A stretch of DNA of 64,000 nt from Candidatus Eiseniibacteriota bacterium (GCA_044223005.1 JBGAML010000004.1:1-64000), one strand, 5' to 3'. Positions 36,707 to 46,607 are shown, counted from the first letter of the stretch. The notes: generated from the sequence alone by a model not told the origin. Numbers and translations: made by a program.

Positions 36707-37525
36707 TCAGCGGCCGATGGTGGTCCTCGTCGCGAAGAGCAGCGGATGCCGCGCGATGAAGAGTCCCGCCTGCAGCCGGTCCTCGAGCCCGAGACGCTCG
36801 AGCAGACGCGTGACGTGCTTCTTCACCGTGGGTTCGCTGATGCCGAGTGCGCTCGCGATCTCCTTGTTCGAGCGGCCCTCGGAGAGGAGCAGCGACACTT
36901 CGAGCAGCCGCGGTGACAGCGGCGAGTCGGACGACTCGCTGCCCGACGTCAGCGGCAGCACGGTTCCGGGCTCGAACGCGGTGCGCCCCGAGGCGACCGC
37001 GCGAATCGTGGCGAACAGGGCCTTCGGATCGGCGCTGCGGCGCACCGTTCCGACCGCACCCTGCGCGGCCGCGATCTGCAGGCAATCGTGACCGCCACCG
37101 CAGATCGCGGACGCCTTGTGCGTGTCCGGCCGCGGGTGCGAGCTCGACGGCGGATTGAGCACCAGGCAGTCGCTCCAGCCGCGCTCCGACATGGCCACGA
37201 TGGGCAGGTCGGGCAGGGCGGTGCGGATCTCCGGCAGCGCCGGTTCGCCCATCGGGCTCGGCAGCGACAACGTGAGCACGAGGACGTCGGGCTTGAGCCG
37301 CCGGCAGGCCTCGATGGCCTCCTGCGTGTTCGCCGCTTCACCCACGACCAGGAAATCCTCCTGGGCGCGGATCAGCGAGGCGACACCGGCACGGTCGATG
37401 GCGGCGCCATCGGCGACGACGAGACAGATCGCGGGGGAGTTTCCCGCCGCGGGTGAATCCATCGGAGGCGCGGGCGAGGTGACTCGCCGCGCACTCGTAC
37501 GTGTACGCGTAGTGATCGTCTTCAC
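36707..37525 (-). CDS. NarL/LuxR-type response regulator with an atypical receiver domain
   Basis: REC-like VVGEAANTQEAIEACRRLKPDVLVL and LuxR HTH GRSNKEIASALGISEPTVKKHV. GGGAGG RBS precedes the GTG at 37525. Confidence 0.8.
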   Translation of the reverse strand: MKTITTRTRTSARRVTSPAPPMDSPAAGNSPAICLVVADGAAIDRAGVASLIRAQEDFLVVGEAANTQEAIEACRRLKPDVLVLTLSLPSPMGEPALPEIRTALPDLPIVAMSERGWSDCLVLNPPSSSHPRPDTHKASAICGGGHDCLQIAAAQGAVGTVRRSADPKALFATIRAVASGRTAFEPGTVLPLTSGSESSDSPLSPRLLEVSLLLSEGRSNKEIASALGISEPTVKKHVTRLLERLGLEDRLQAGLFIARHPLLFATRTTIGR

Positions 37526-37701
37526 GACACATCCTCCCCATTCCAGCGCACGCCCATGCGGCGCGGCGCCGGACCCCCCAACGGCCCGACACTCTGACAG
37601 GAGAATGAAACACACGCCCTTTGTTTGCAAGTCTCCGCGCCGATTCGCGGATGGGACTGACGAAATTTCAGGGTGTCAAGAGCCGGAGAGAGAATGCGAA
37701 A

Positions 37702-38604
37702 TCAACTGGGCGGGGTGCCGGGATCGAGAGCGTCGCGCAGGCCGTCGCCGAGGAAGTGGAAGGCGAGCAGCGTCGACGCGAGTGCGAGGCCCGGGAAGAT
37801 CACGAGCCACGGGAAGATCGCCATCACGCGCGCGCCGTCGGCGACGAGCGTTCCCCACGACGCCGCGGGCGGCTGGACGCCGAGGCCGAGGAACGACAGG
37901 AAGGCCTCCTGCAGCACGACGGCGGGGACGGTGAGCGTCGCGTACACGATCACGGGGCCGAGCGTGTTCGGCACGAGGTGCCGCCACACGATCGCCCCGT
38001 CGTCCGCCCCGAGCGCGCGCGCGGCTTCGACGAACGTGCGGGTCCGCAGCGACAGGACCTGGCCGCGCACGATGCGCGCCATGGTCAGCCACTGCACCAG
38101 GCCCAGCGCCACGAACAGCATGACGAGGCTGCGGTCGAAAAACACGCGCAGCACGATCACGAGGAAGATGTAGGGGAGCGAGTAGAGCACGTCGACGGCG
38201 CGCATCATCCCTTCGTCCACGGCGCCGCCCGCGTAGCCCGCGATCGCGCCCCACGCGACGCCCACGACCACGCTGACGAGCGTGCCGACGAGCCCGACCA
38301 GCATCGAGATGCGGCCGCCGAACAGCACGCGCGCGAACAGGTCGCGGCCCAGGTCGTCGGTCCCGAACAGGTGCGCCCATGAGGGTGGCGAGGCGCCGAG
38401 CGCGAGGTCCTGCGCCGCGGGGTCCGCGACGAACGGCAGCCACGGCGCGAGCGCCGCGAGCAGCGCGGCCGCGAGCAGGAACGTTCCGGCCGCGACCGCC
38501 GCGCGATCGCGCCGCAAGCGGCGCCAGGCGTCGGTCCACGGACCACGGCGCACGGCGCGCGGCGCCGGAGCGACGGTGGCGGGCGGCGAGAGGCCGATGC
38601 TCAT
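37702..38604 (-). CDS. oppC: Peptide ABC transporter permease (OppC-like)
   Basis: HLFGTDDLGRD…GGRISM; FVEAARALGA; EAFLSFLGLG. Confidence 0.88.
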   Translation of the reverse strand: MSIGLSPPATVAPAPRAVRRGPWTDAWRRLRRDRAAVAAGTFLLAAALLAALAPWLPFVADPAAQDLALGASPPSWAHLFGTDDLGRDLFARVLFGGRISMLVGLVGTLVSVVVGVAWGAIAGYAGGAVDEGMMRAVDVLYSLPYIFLVIVLRVFFDRSLVMLFVALGLVQWLTMARIVRGQVLSLRTRTFVEAARALGADDGAIVWRHLVPNTLGPVIVYATLTVPAVVLQEAFLSFLGLGVQPPAASWGTLVADGARVMAIFPWLVIFPGLALASTLLAFHFLGDGLRDALDPGTPPS

Positions 38605-39518
38605 CGCAACTCCACCCGCGGGTCGAGCACCGCCTGCAGCAGGTCGACGAGCACGTGCAGCAGCAGCAGCGCGGCGGCGTAGAAGAGCACCACGCCGAGC
38701 ACCACCGTGTAGTCGCGGTTGAAGGCCGCGTTCACCAGCTGCCGGCCCAGTCCCGGGATCGCGAACACCTGCTCGACCGCGACCGAGCCCATGACGATGC
38801 CGGCCGTCGCAGGTCCGAGGTACGACACCACCGGCGCGAGCCCGAGCCGCAGCGCGTGCCGCACGAGCACGAGCCGCTCGGAGAGTCCCTTGGCGCGCGC
38901 CGTGCGCACGAAGTCCTGGCCGAGCACTTCGAGCATGCCGGCACGCGTGAGCCGTGCGATCGCCGCCGCGTACGCCGCCGAGAGCGTGATCACCGGCAGC
39001 ACGCGGCTCGCGGGCCCCGACCAGAGCGCGGGCGGCAGCCCGTAGAGGCCGAGCGAGAAGACCAGCACCAGCAGCGGGCCGAGCACGAAGTTCGGCACCG
39101 ACACGCCGGCGAGCGCGAGCGCCATGGCCGCGTGGTCGGCGGCGCGGCCGCGGCGCGCCGCGGCGATCACGCCGGCCGGCACGCCGACCGCCAGCGCGAG
39201 CAGCAGCGCGAGCAGGCCGAGCTCGCCCGAAACGCGCAGCCCCGACAGCACGAGGTGGCGCACCGACTGTTGCGGGTACTTGTACGAGGGTCCGAGATCG
39301 CCGTGCAGCGCGTTCCAGAGGAAGCGGCCGTACTGCTCGGGCAGCGAGCGGTCGAGCCCGTAGAGATGCTCGAGCTGCGCGCGAGCCGCGGCGGGGATTT
39401 CCTTCTCGGCGAGGAACGGTCCGCCCGGCGCCATGCGCACGAGCGCGAACGTGAGCGTCGCGATCGCCCACAGCGTCGGCACGAACAGCAGCAGGCGCCG
39501 CACGAGGAACCGGGTCAC
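38601..39518 (-). CDS. oppB: Peptide ABC transporter permease (OppB-like)
   Basis: RMAPGGPF, GDLGPSYKY, DFVRTARAKGL, VEQVFAIPGLG, NRDY. Confidence 0.88.
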   Translation of the reverse strand: MTRFLVRRLLLFVPTLWAIATLTFALVRMAPGGPFLAEKEIPAAARAQLEHLYGLDRSLPEQYGRFLWNALHGDLGPSYKYPQQSVRHLVLSGLRVSGELGLLALLLALAVGVPAGVIAAARRGRAADHAAMALALAGVSVPNFVLGPLLVLVFSLGLYGLPPALWSGPASRVLPVITLSAAYAAAIARLTRAGMLEVLGQDFVRTARAKGLSERLVLVRHALRLGLAPVVSYLGPATAGIVMGSVAVEQVFAIPGLGRQLVNAAFNRDYTVVLGVVLFYAAALLLLHVLVDLLQAVLDPRVELR

Positions 39519-41185
39519 GGGTTCCTCCGCCCGGCGATGGGCTCGTGCTCGCGCCAGCCGCGGTCGATCCACACGCGCGAAAGCGGGTGCAGGTCGAGCA
39601 CCGTGGGATGCAGGCCGCGCACCCACGGCTTCACGAGCTCGTGCGTCGCGTAGTGGTAGATGGGCAGGAAGACCGCGGCGTCGAGCGCGATCGATTCGGC
39701 GTCCCGCAGCATGGCCATGCGCCGCACCGGGTCGCGTTCCGCCGCCGCGTCGCGCAGCAGCGCGTCGTAGCGCGGATCGCTCCAGCCCGTGCGGTTGTTG
39801 CCGTCGCCGGTGCGGAGAGGCTCGAGGAACGTGTTGGGGTCGAGGTAGTCGCCGATCCACGAGCGCCGCGCGACCGCGTAGCGCAGGTGCGTGGTGGCTT
39901 CGAGCGTCGAGGCGAACTCCTGGTTCTCGAGCTCGACGGGGATCCCGAGCTCGCGGCGCCACATGGACTGCACCGCTTCGGCGATCCGGCGGTGGTCCTC
40001 GCTCGTGCTGAAGAGGATCGTGAAGCGGGGGAAGCCGCGTCCCCCGGCGAAGCCCGCGCGCGCCAGTTCGCGGCGCGCCGATTCCGGCGCGAACGGCACG
40101 GGCGGCGGCGGCACGTAGCCCGGGTAGCCGCCGGGCGTGATGCGTCCCCACGGCCGGCGCGTGCCCTTGAGCAGGTCGCGTGCGATCGCCTCGCGGTCGA
40201 TCGCCAGGTTCAGCGCGCGGCGCACGTGCACGTCGCCGAATGGGGGCCGCGTCACGTTGACGCTGTAGAAGTACGTGGCCTGGAACTCGCCCGTCTCGTA
40301 GTCGGCGTAGCGGCGCAGGTAGGGGAGCCACGGCGCGGGGATGTAGCCGCTCGGGTTCCAGTCGATCTCGCCCGCCTTGTAGAGGTTGGTCGACGTGTTG
40401 AGGTCGTCGACCGCGTACGCGACGACACGGTCGAGCTTCACGTGTTTCGCGTCCCAGTAGCGCGGGTTGCGCTCCACCTCGATCCGGTCGCCCGGCCGGT
40501 GGCGCACGAGCCGGAACGCGCCGTCGCCGACCAGGTGCCCCGGTTCGGTCCACGCCGGGCCCCAGCGTTCGATCACCCGCCGCGGCACCGGCAGGCACGC
40601 GGGGTTGGAGGTGAGGAACACGAAGTAGGGCGTCGGCCGCGCCAGCGTGACGACCAGCGTCGTGTCGTCGAGCGCGCGCACGCCGAGGCGCGCGACGTCG
40701 GGAATCGCGCCGGCGTGGATCGACTCGGCGTTCGCCACCGGGTAGAGCACGCTCGCCGCGCGCGATGCGGTCGCAGGATCCACCACTCGCCGCCACGACC
40801 ACACGAAGTCGCCCGCGACGAGCGGCGTGCCGTCGCTCCACGCGAGGCCCGGCCGCAGGTGAAAGGTGAGCGTGAGCCCGTCGCGGTCCGTCTCCCAGTG
40901 CGTCGCGAGCGCGGGCTGCGGCAGCAGCGTCTGCGGGTCGGGCGCGGTCAGGCCCTCGAACAGCATGCCGGCGATGCGGCCGTCGGCCTGCGCCGTGACC
41001 AGGCCGGGATCGAGGCTCTCGGGCTCCTGGCCGTTGTTGAAGCGCAGGACCTCGCCGGCCGGCGGGCGCAGCGAGCCGAACCAGCGCGCGTCCACGGCGC
41101 CCGGCCCCGGCGCGCGCGCGCACGAGGCGAGCGCGAGGGCGAGGAGCGCGGCGGACCACGCGGCGCGCGGGGGCATCGGGATCAC
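39515..41185 (-). CDS. oppA: Peptide ABC transporter substrate-binding lipoprotein (OppA-like)
   Basis: LASC lipobox; EPESLDPG, FEGLT, WSDGTPL, WIGDYLDPNTFL. The start is GTG 41185 or ATG 41176. Confidence 0.88.
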   Translation of the reverse strand: MIPMPPRAAWSAALLALALASCARAPGPGAVDARWFGSLRPPAGEVLRFNNGQEPESLDPGLVTAQADGRIAGMLFEGLTAPDPQTLLPQPALATHWETDRDGLTLTFHLRPGLAWSDGTPLVAGDFVWSWRRVVDPATASRAASVLYPVANAESIHAGAIPDVARLGVRALDDTTLVVTLARPTPYFVFLTSNPACLPVPRRVIERWGPAWTEPGHLVGDGAFRLVRHRPGDRIEVERNPRYWDAKHVKLDRVVAYAVDDLNTSTNLYKAGEIDWNPSGYIPAPWLPYLRRYADYETGEFQATYFYSVNVTRPPFGDVHVRRALNLAIDREAIARDLLKGTRRPWGRITPGGYPGYVPPPPVPFAPESARRELARAGFAGGRGFPRFTILFSTSEDHRRIAEAVQSMWRRELGIPVELENQEFASTLEATTHLRYAVARRSWIGDYLDPNTFLEPLRTGDGNNRTGWSDPRYDALLRDAAAERDPVRRMAMLRDAESIALDAAVFLPIYHYATHELVKPWVRGLHPTVLDLHPLSRVWIDRGWREHEPIAGRRNP

Positions 41186-41296
41186 CGCCGCACCATACCA
41201 GAGCGCCCGCCGCGCGCGGCCGCCGGTGAGAACGGCGCATCGCCCCGGGAGGCACGCTCGCTGGCGCCACCCGCGGGGTGGCCGTAAAGTCGCGCC

Positions 41297-43615
41297 ATGT
41301 CCCGTCCCCGCAAGACAACGGAGGGCCGCGAGGCCCGCGTCACGCTCGAATTGCCGGCCTCGGTGGGCCTCCAGGTCCCGCGCTTCGACGCGCGCGACAA
41401 GGTCACCGGCCGGGCGCTCTACCTGGACGACCTGCGCGTGCCCGGCGTACTGCACGGCCGCACCGTGCGCTCGACCGTCGCGCACGGCCGCATCCTCGGG
41501 ATCGAGCTCGATCCGGCGTTCGACTGGAGCGGCGTCACGATCTGCGACCATCGCGACGTGCCCGGCGAAAACGTCGTCGCGGCGATCGAGGCCGACCAGC
41601 CGCTGCTCGCGGCGGACGTCGTGCGCCACTGGGACGAGCCGATCCTGCTGCTCGCGCACGAGGATCCCGAGAAGGCCGAAGCGGCGACACGGGCCGTCCG
41701 CGTTCGCATCGAGCCGCTCCCGGCCGCGCTGACGGTCGAGGACGCGCTCGCGGGCCGCGCGAAGGTGCGCGGGAGCGACAACGTCTACAAGACCATCCGG
41801 ATCGAACGCGGCGAGCTCGAGGACGCGTTCGCGCGCGCCGAGATCGTGATCGAGGGCGAGTACCGCACCGGGCACCAGGAGCAGCTCTACATCGAGAACA
41901 ACGCGATGATGGCCGAGCGCACGGCCGAGGGCGGCATCCACGTGCGCGGTTCGCTCCAGTGCCCGTACTACGTGCACGGCGCCCTGCAGCGGATCCTCGG
42001 CCTGCCGGCCGACAAGGTGCGCGTCGAGCAGACGGTCACGGGCGGCGGCTTCGGCGGCAAGGAAGAATACCCGTCGATGATCGGCGGGCACGCGGCGGTG
42101 CTCGCGTGGAAGAGCGGCCGGCCCGTGAAGGTCGTCTACGACCGCGCCGAGGACATCGCCGCGACCACCAAGCGGCATCCGTCGATCGTGCGCCTGCGCA
42201 CCGGCGTGATGCGCGACGGCACGCTGGTCGCGATCGACGCGGACGTGATCATGGACGGCGGCGCGTACCTCACGCTGACGCCGGTGGTGCTCTCGCGCGG
42301 CGCGATCCACGCCGGCGGGCCGTACCGCTGGGAGGCCGCCCGCATTCGTGCGCGCGCCGTCGCGACGAACACGCCGCCCAACGGCGCGTTCCGCGGGTTC
42401 GGGGCGCCGCAGACGCTGTTCGCGGTCGAGGCGCACATGAACCGGATCGCCGAGGCGCTGGCGATCGACCCCGTCGAGCTGCGCCGTCGCAACGCGGTGC
42501 GCGAGGGCGACGTCACGCCCACCGGCCAGGTGCTGCGCGAGAGCGTCGGCGCCCACGCCGTGCTCGAGCGCACCGCGGCGCGCGCGAAGTGGAAGGCCGT
42601 GCGCGCGCGCCACGCCCGCGAGAATGCCGCCGCGGAGGCGCGCGAGCGCGCCGGGCGGCTCGCGCCGGATGCGCGGCGCGTGCGCCGCGGCATCGGCTTC
42701 GCGCTCGTCTACCACGGCAGCGGCTTCACCGGCAGCGGCGAAGTGAAGCTCGACTCGCTCGCGGCGCTCGACCTGACGCCGGACGGCTGGCCGCGCGTGC
42801 TGGTCGCCAACACCGAGATCGGCCAGGGCACCGTCACCGTGTTTTCGCAGATCGTCGGCGACGCGCTGGGGATCCCGGCGCACCGCGTCGTGATCCACAC
42901 GCCCGACACCGCGTTCGTGCCGAACAGCGGCCCGACGGTCGCCTCGCGCACGCTCATGGTCGTCGGCGGGCTCGTCGACAAGTGCGCGCGCCGCATGAAG
43001 GAGAAGCTCGAGCTCTGGGCCGAGCACGTCCTGGCCGGCGAGGCCGACTTCCATCGCGTCGCGAAGCGCTGGCTCGCCCAGCGCGGACCGCTGCGCGTCG
43101 AGCAGCGCTACGTGAAGCCGACGACGATCGAGTGGGACGACGAGACCTATCGCGGCGACGCGTACGGCGTCTTCTCGTACGCGGCGCTCGCGGCCGAGGT
43201 CGAAGTGGACCTCGACACCGCCGAGACGAAGGTGCTGCGGGTGACGACCGCGCAGGACATCGGCAAGGCCGTGCACCCCGTGCTCGCCGCCGGGCAGATC
43301 GAGGGCGGCACGCTGCAGGGGCTCGGCTGGGCGCTGCTCGAGGAGCTGCGCTTCAAGGACGGCCGCGTCTGGAACCACACGCTCACCAATTACATCGTGC
43401 CCACGAGCGCCGACGCGCCACCGATGGACGTCGAGATCGTCGAGATCCCGTACTCGGGCGGACCGTTCGGCGCCAAGGGCCTCGGCGAACTGCCCATGGA
43501 CGTGCCCGCGCCCGCGGTGATCGACGCGATCGCGCAGGCGATCGGCTGCCGGCTCGACGAGATTCCCGCGACGCCCGAGCGCGTGCTGCGCGCGCTGCGG
43601 ACGAGGCCGTCGTGA
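41297..43615 (+). CDS. Xanthine dehydrogenase family molybdopterin-binding subunit
   Basis: DKVTGRALY, GGGFGGKE, AFRGFGAPQ, EIGQG, GQIEGG, AKGLGELP. Confidence 0.93.
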   Translation: MSRPRKTTEGREARVTLELPASVGLQVPRFDARDKVTGRALYLDDLRVPGVLHGRTVRSTVAHGRILGIELDPAFDWSGVTICDHRDVPGENVVAAIEADQPLLAADVVRHWDEPILLLAHEDPEKAEAATRAVRVRIEPLPAALTVEDALAGRAKVRGSDNVYKTIRIERGELEDAFARAEIVIEGEYRTGHQEQLYIENNAMMAERTAEGGIHVRGSLQCPYYVHGALQRILGLPADKVRVEQTVTGGGFGGKEEYPSMIGGHAAVLAWKSGRPVKVVYDRAEDIAATTKRHPSIVRLRTGVMRDGTLVAIDADVIMDGGAYLTLTPVVLSRGAIHAGGPYRWEAARIRARAVATNTPPNGAFRGFGAPQTLFAVEAHMNRIAEALAIDPVELRRRNAVREGDVTPTGQVLRESVGAHAVLERTAARAKWKAVRARHARENAAAEARERAGRLAPDARRVRRGIGFALVYHGSGFTGSGEVKLDSLAALDLTPDGWPRVLVANTEIGQGTVTVFSQIVGDALGIPAHRVVIHTPDTAFVPNSGPTVASRTLMVVGGLVDKCARRMKEKLELWAEHVLAGEADFHRVAKRWLAQRGPLRVEQRYVKPTTIEWDDETYRGDAYGVFSYAALAAEVEVDLDTAETKVLRVTTAQDIGKAVHPVLAAGQIEGGTLQGLGWALLEELRFKDGRVWNHTLTNYIVPTSADAPPMDVEIVEIPYSGGPFGAKGLGELPMDVPAPAVIDAIAQAIGCRLDEIPATPERVLRALRTRPS

Positions 43616-44151
43616 ACGCCGCCCCGGTGCCCGGCACCGGCGTGGACACGCCCGAGGAACTGCGCGCCCGCGGGTTCGAGGGCTTCGCGCGCATCGGCAT
43701 GCTGCGCGACGATGCCTGCCGCTCCGTGCCTGTCGCCGCGGGCGTGTGGGTCGTGCTGCGCGAGCTGTCGGCCGGCGTGCCGCACTTCCTGCCGAGGAGC
43801 ACGGCCGCGCCGTGGCGCGGGCAGGATCCCACGTGCAGCGCCGACGCGCTCGCCGGCCACTGGGTCGCGCACGCGGGACTGCTCTACGTTTCGGCGGCGC
43901 CCGGCACGGGCGTGCGCCACCTGCTGCAGCAGCGCGTGAAACGCTTCGTCCGCCACGGCGCCGGCCGCGTGGTCGCGCACTGGGGCGGCCATCGCATCTG
44001 GCAGCTCGCCGGTGCGTCGTCGCTGCGCATCGCCTGGCGCGAGACGCCGGCGGAGTCGGCCCGCGACGCGGCACGCGAGCTGATCGCGGAGTTCGAGAGC
44101 CGGCACCGCGCGCTTCCCTTCGCCTGTGACCCCGGAGACGACGACGCATGA
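43612..44151 (+). CDS. Hypothetical protein resembling a degenerate GIY-YIG-like family
   Basis: 4-nt overlaps with both neighbours; GVWVV…LLYVSAA…LQQRV…HWGGHRIWQL…LPFA. Confidence 0.6.
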   Translation: MNAAPVPGTGVDTPEELRARGFEGFARIGMLRDDACRSVPVAAGVWVVLRELSAGVPHFLPRSTAAPWRGQDPTCSADALAGHWVAHAGLLYVSAAPGTGVRHLLQQRVKRFVRHGAGRVVAHWGGHRIWQLAGASSLRIAWRETPAESARDAARELIAEFESRHRALPFACDPGDDDA

Positions 44152-44777
44152 GCCCCCGCCGTACCGTGAACCTGAACGTCAACGGGAAGGCGCGCCGCGT
44201 GAGCGTGCCGCCCATGAAGCGCCTGCTCGACGTCCTGCGCGAGGAGTGCGGGCTCACCGGCACCAAGGAAGGCTGCGGCGAGGGCGAATGCGGCGCGTGC
44301 ACCGTGCTGCTGGACGGCGCGCCCGTGAACGCCTGCCTCGTGCCCGCGATCCACGCCGACGGCGCCCGCGTCGTCACCGTGGAAGGGCTCGCGAGGGGCG
44401 GCCGCCTGAACGTGCTGCAGCAGGCGTTCGCCGAGCACGGCGGCGCGCAGTGCGGCATGTGCACGCCCGGCATGCTCGTCACCGCGAGCGCGCTGCTCGC
44501 CGCGACCCGCGGCCGCGTGCCCGGCGACGCCGAGGTGCGCGGCGCGCTCTCGGGCACGCTCTGCCGCTGCACCGGCTACCAGAAGATCGTGGACGCGGTG
44601 CGTGACGCGGCGCGCCGCAGCGTCGCGCCGCGCCGCAAGGTCGCGAAGAAGAAGGCCGCGAAGGCGAAGGCCGCGCCGCGACGTGCGGGCGCCACGAAGA
44701 AGCGGGCGGCGGCCCGGCCGGCACCGCGGCGCAAGGCCGCACGCCGGGTCGCGAGCCGCGGTGGGCGGCGCTCGTGA
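44148..44777 (+). CDS. Xanthine dehydrogenase family (2Fe-2S) subunit with a basic C-terminal tail
   Basis: GTKEGCGEGECGACTV, QCGMCTPG, CRCTGY. Confidence 0.93.
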   Translation: MSPRRTVNLNVNGKARRVSVPPMKRLLDVLREECGLTGTKEGCGEGECGACTVLLDGAPVNACLVPAIHADGARVVTVEGLARGGRLNVLQQAFAEHGGAQCGMCTPGMLVTASALLAATRGRVPGDAEVRGALSGTLCRCTGYQKIVDAVRDAARRSVAPRRKVAKKKAAKAKAAPRRAGATKKRAAARPAPRRKAARRVASRGGRRS

Positions 44778-45685
44778 AGACCGCGCTGACCACGCTCCGC
44801 GTCGAGCGGCCGCGCGATCTCGCGCACGCGCTCCGGCTGCTGCACGACTCGGTGTCCACGGAGCGGCTCGTGCCGCTCGCGGGCGGTACCGACCTGTTCG
44901 TCTACCTGAACGCCGGCACGCAGGCGGGTTCGGGCTTCCTCGACCTCTCGCCGCTGAAGCCCCTGCGGACGATCCGGCTCCGCGGCAAGCGCCTGCACGT
45001 CGGTGCGCTCGCGACTTTCGACGCGATCGCCCGTCACCCGGCGTGCGCCGGTTGGCCGATGCTGCCGCAGGCGGCGCGCGTCGTCGGCGCGGCCCAGATC
45101 CAGAACCGCGGCACGATCGGCGGCAACATCGCCAACGCGTCGCCGGCCGGCGATTCGCTGCCCGTCCTGCTCGCGTACGACGCCACGGTGCACGTCGCGT
45201 CGGTGCGCGGCGAGCGCGAGATCCCGTTCGCGGAGCTGTACGCGGGCTACCGCACGCTCGCGATCGAGCCCGACGAGCTGGTCACCGGCGTCACGCTGCC
45301 GCCGCGCCCCACGGGTGCGCGCGAACTGTTCCGCAAGGTCGGCACGCGCGCCGCCCAGAGCATCTCGAAGGTCGTCTTCGCGGGCGTCCTGCACTCCGGG
45401 CGTTCGGGCGTCGATCACGTGCGGCTGGCGTGGGGCAGCGTCGCGCCGACGCCGGTGCGCGCACGCGAGACCGAACAGGCGCTCGCCGGCAGCCGCCTCA
45501 CCGCGGCGGATGGCGAGCGCGCGTTCGCGGCGCTCGAGCGCGACATCGCGCCGATCGACGACATCCGTTCCGAGGGCGAGTACCGGCGCGAGGTCGCACG
45601 CGCGCTGCTCGCGCAGCTGCTGCGCTCCGTGGCGCCCGACCGGCGCACGGCCGGCGCGCTCATGTCCCCGCCGGCGCGCGCGTAA
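44774..45685 (+). CDS. Xanthine dehydrogenase family FAD-binding subunit
   Basis: LAGGTDL, QIQNRGTIGGNIANASPAGD, PIDDIRSEGEYR. Confidence 0.93.
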   Translation: MKTALTTLRVERPRDLAHALRLLHDSVSTERLVPLAGGTDLFVYLNAGTQAGSGFLDLSPLKPLRTIRLRGKRLHVGALATFDAIARHPACAGWPMLPQAARVVGAAQIQNRGTIGGNIANASPAGDSLPVLLAYDATVHVASVRGEREIPFAELYAGYRTLAIEPDELVTGVTLPPRPTGARELFRKVGTRAAQSISKVVFAGVLHSGRSGVDHVRLAWGSVAPTPVRARETEQALAGSRLTAADGERAFAALERDIAPIDDIRSEGEYRREVARALLAQLLRSVAPDRRTAGALMSPPARA

Positions 45686-45831
45686 GCGCCCGCCGGCGCC
45701 CGGCCGGAGATTCGTCGCGCGGTTTCGGTTCAGCGGCTGCGCCGACGTGCCGATGCCCATGGGGCATGGACGCCGGCGGACCATCTCCGGAATCGGAGGT
45801 TCCCGGTGTCTCCCGAACGGGGGAACCTCCG

Positions 45832-46443
45832 TTGTCCGAACCGACGCTTCCCACCCTGCAGGATATTCTCGACGCGTTCGAACGCCTCGCGGAACGAGTG
45901 GCCGTCTCGCCGACGTCCCGGCTCGATCCCTTCATCTCCGGCTCGCTGCGCCGCGCGTGCGACGAACTGCGCCGTTTCATCCCCGGCCTGGACACGCCAC
46001 CGGACGCCGACGCCGCCCGCTTCCTGGCGCGCGCGTCGTACGCCGCGCTGGAGGACGGTGACGCCCGCGAAGCCCTCGCGCGCGCGCTCCGTGGCCTGTC
46101 GTTCGCTCCGCACCATCCCGGACTCTTCTTCGCCGCCGCCTCGGCGTGCTTCGAGTACGGCGCCGTGGAGGACGCGATCCGGCTGCTGCGGCACACGCTG
46201 TGGATCCACCCGGGGCACGTCGCGGCGCGCCGCGACCTCGAAGCCCTGAGCGCCTACATGCGCGAGCGCTGGAGCACGCCCGGGGACTTCACCGCCGAGC
46301 AGGAAGCGGCACTGCGCGAGGCCGGCGTCTTCGACGGCGAGCTCTCGTTCGACTTCGACGGCGAACCCGGCGAGTCCGGCGAGCCGGCGTCGATGGACGA
46401 GGACCTGGACGACGAGGGCGACGAGGACGAGCACGCCGCCTGA
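45832..46443 (+). CDS. TPR-like hypothetical protein with an acidic C-terminus
   Basis: Helical repeats (GDAREALARALRGLSFAPHHP…AIRLLRHTLWIHPGH) and an Asp/Glu-rich tail. The start is uncertain (TTG 45832 or ATG 45766). Confidence 0.6.
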   Translation: MSEPTLPTLQDILDAFERLAERVAVSPTSRLDPFISGSLRRACDELRRFIPGLDTPPDADAARFLARASYAALEDGDAREALARALRGLSFAPHHPGLFFAAASACFEYGAVEDAIRLLRHTLWIHPGHVAARRDLEALSAYMRERWSTPGDFTAEQEAALREAGVFDGELSFDFDGEPGESGEPASMDEDLDDEGDEDEHAA

Positions 46444-46607
46444 TCTTCACCCGGCGCGACGCGCGGCCGACCGCGCGGCGCCGCCGGAGCGAACGCGGGA
46501 CCGCCTCGGGGCACCGCGACGCGGAGCACGAGGGGACTTCGCATGACACCGCACCGCCCGCGCCCCCGGCGTTCGCCGGCGCGCGCCACCACGCCCACGG
46601 CCGGCCG

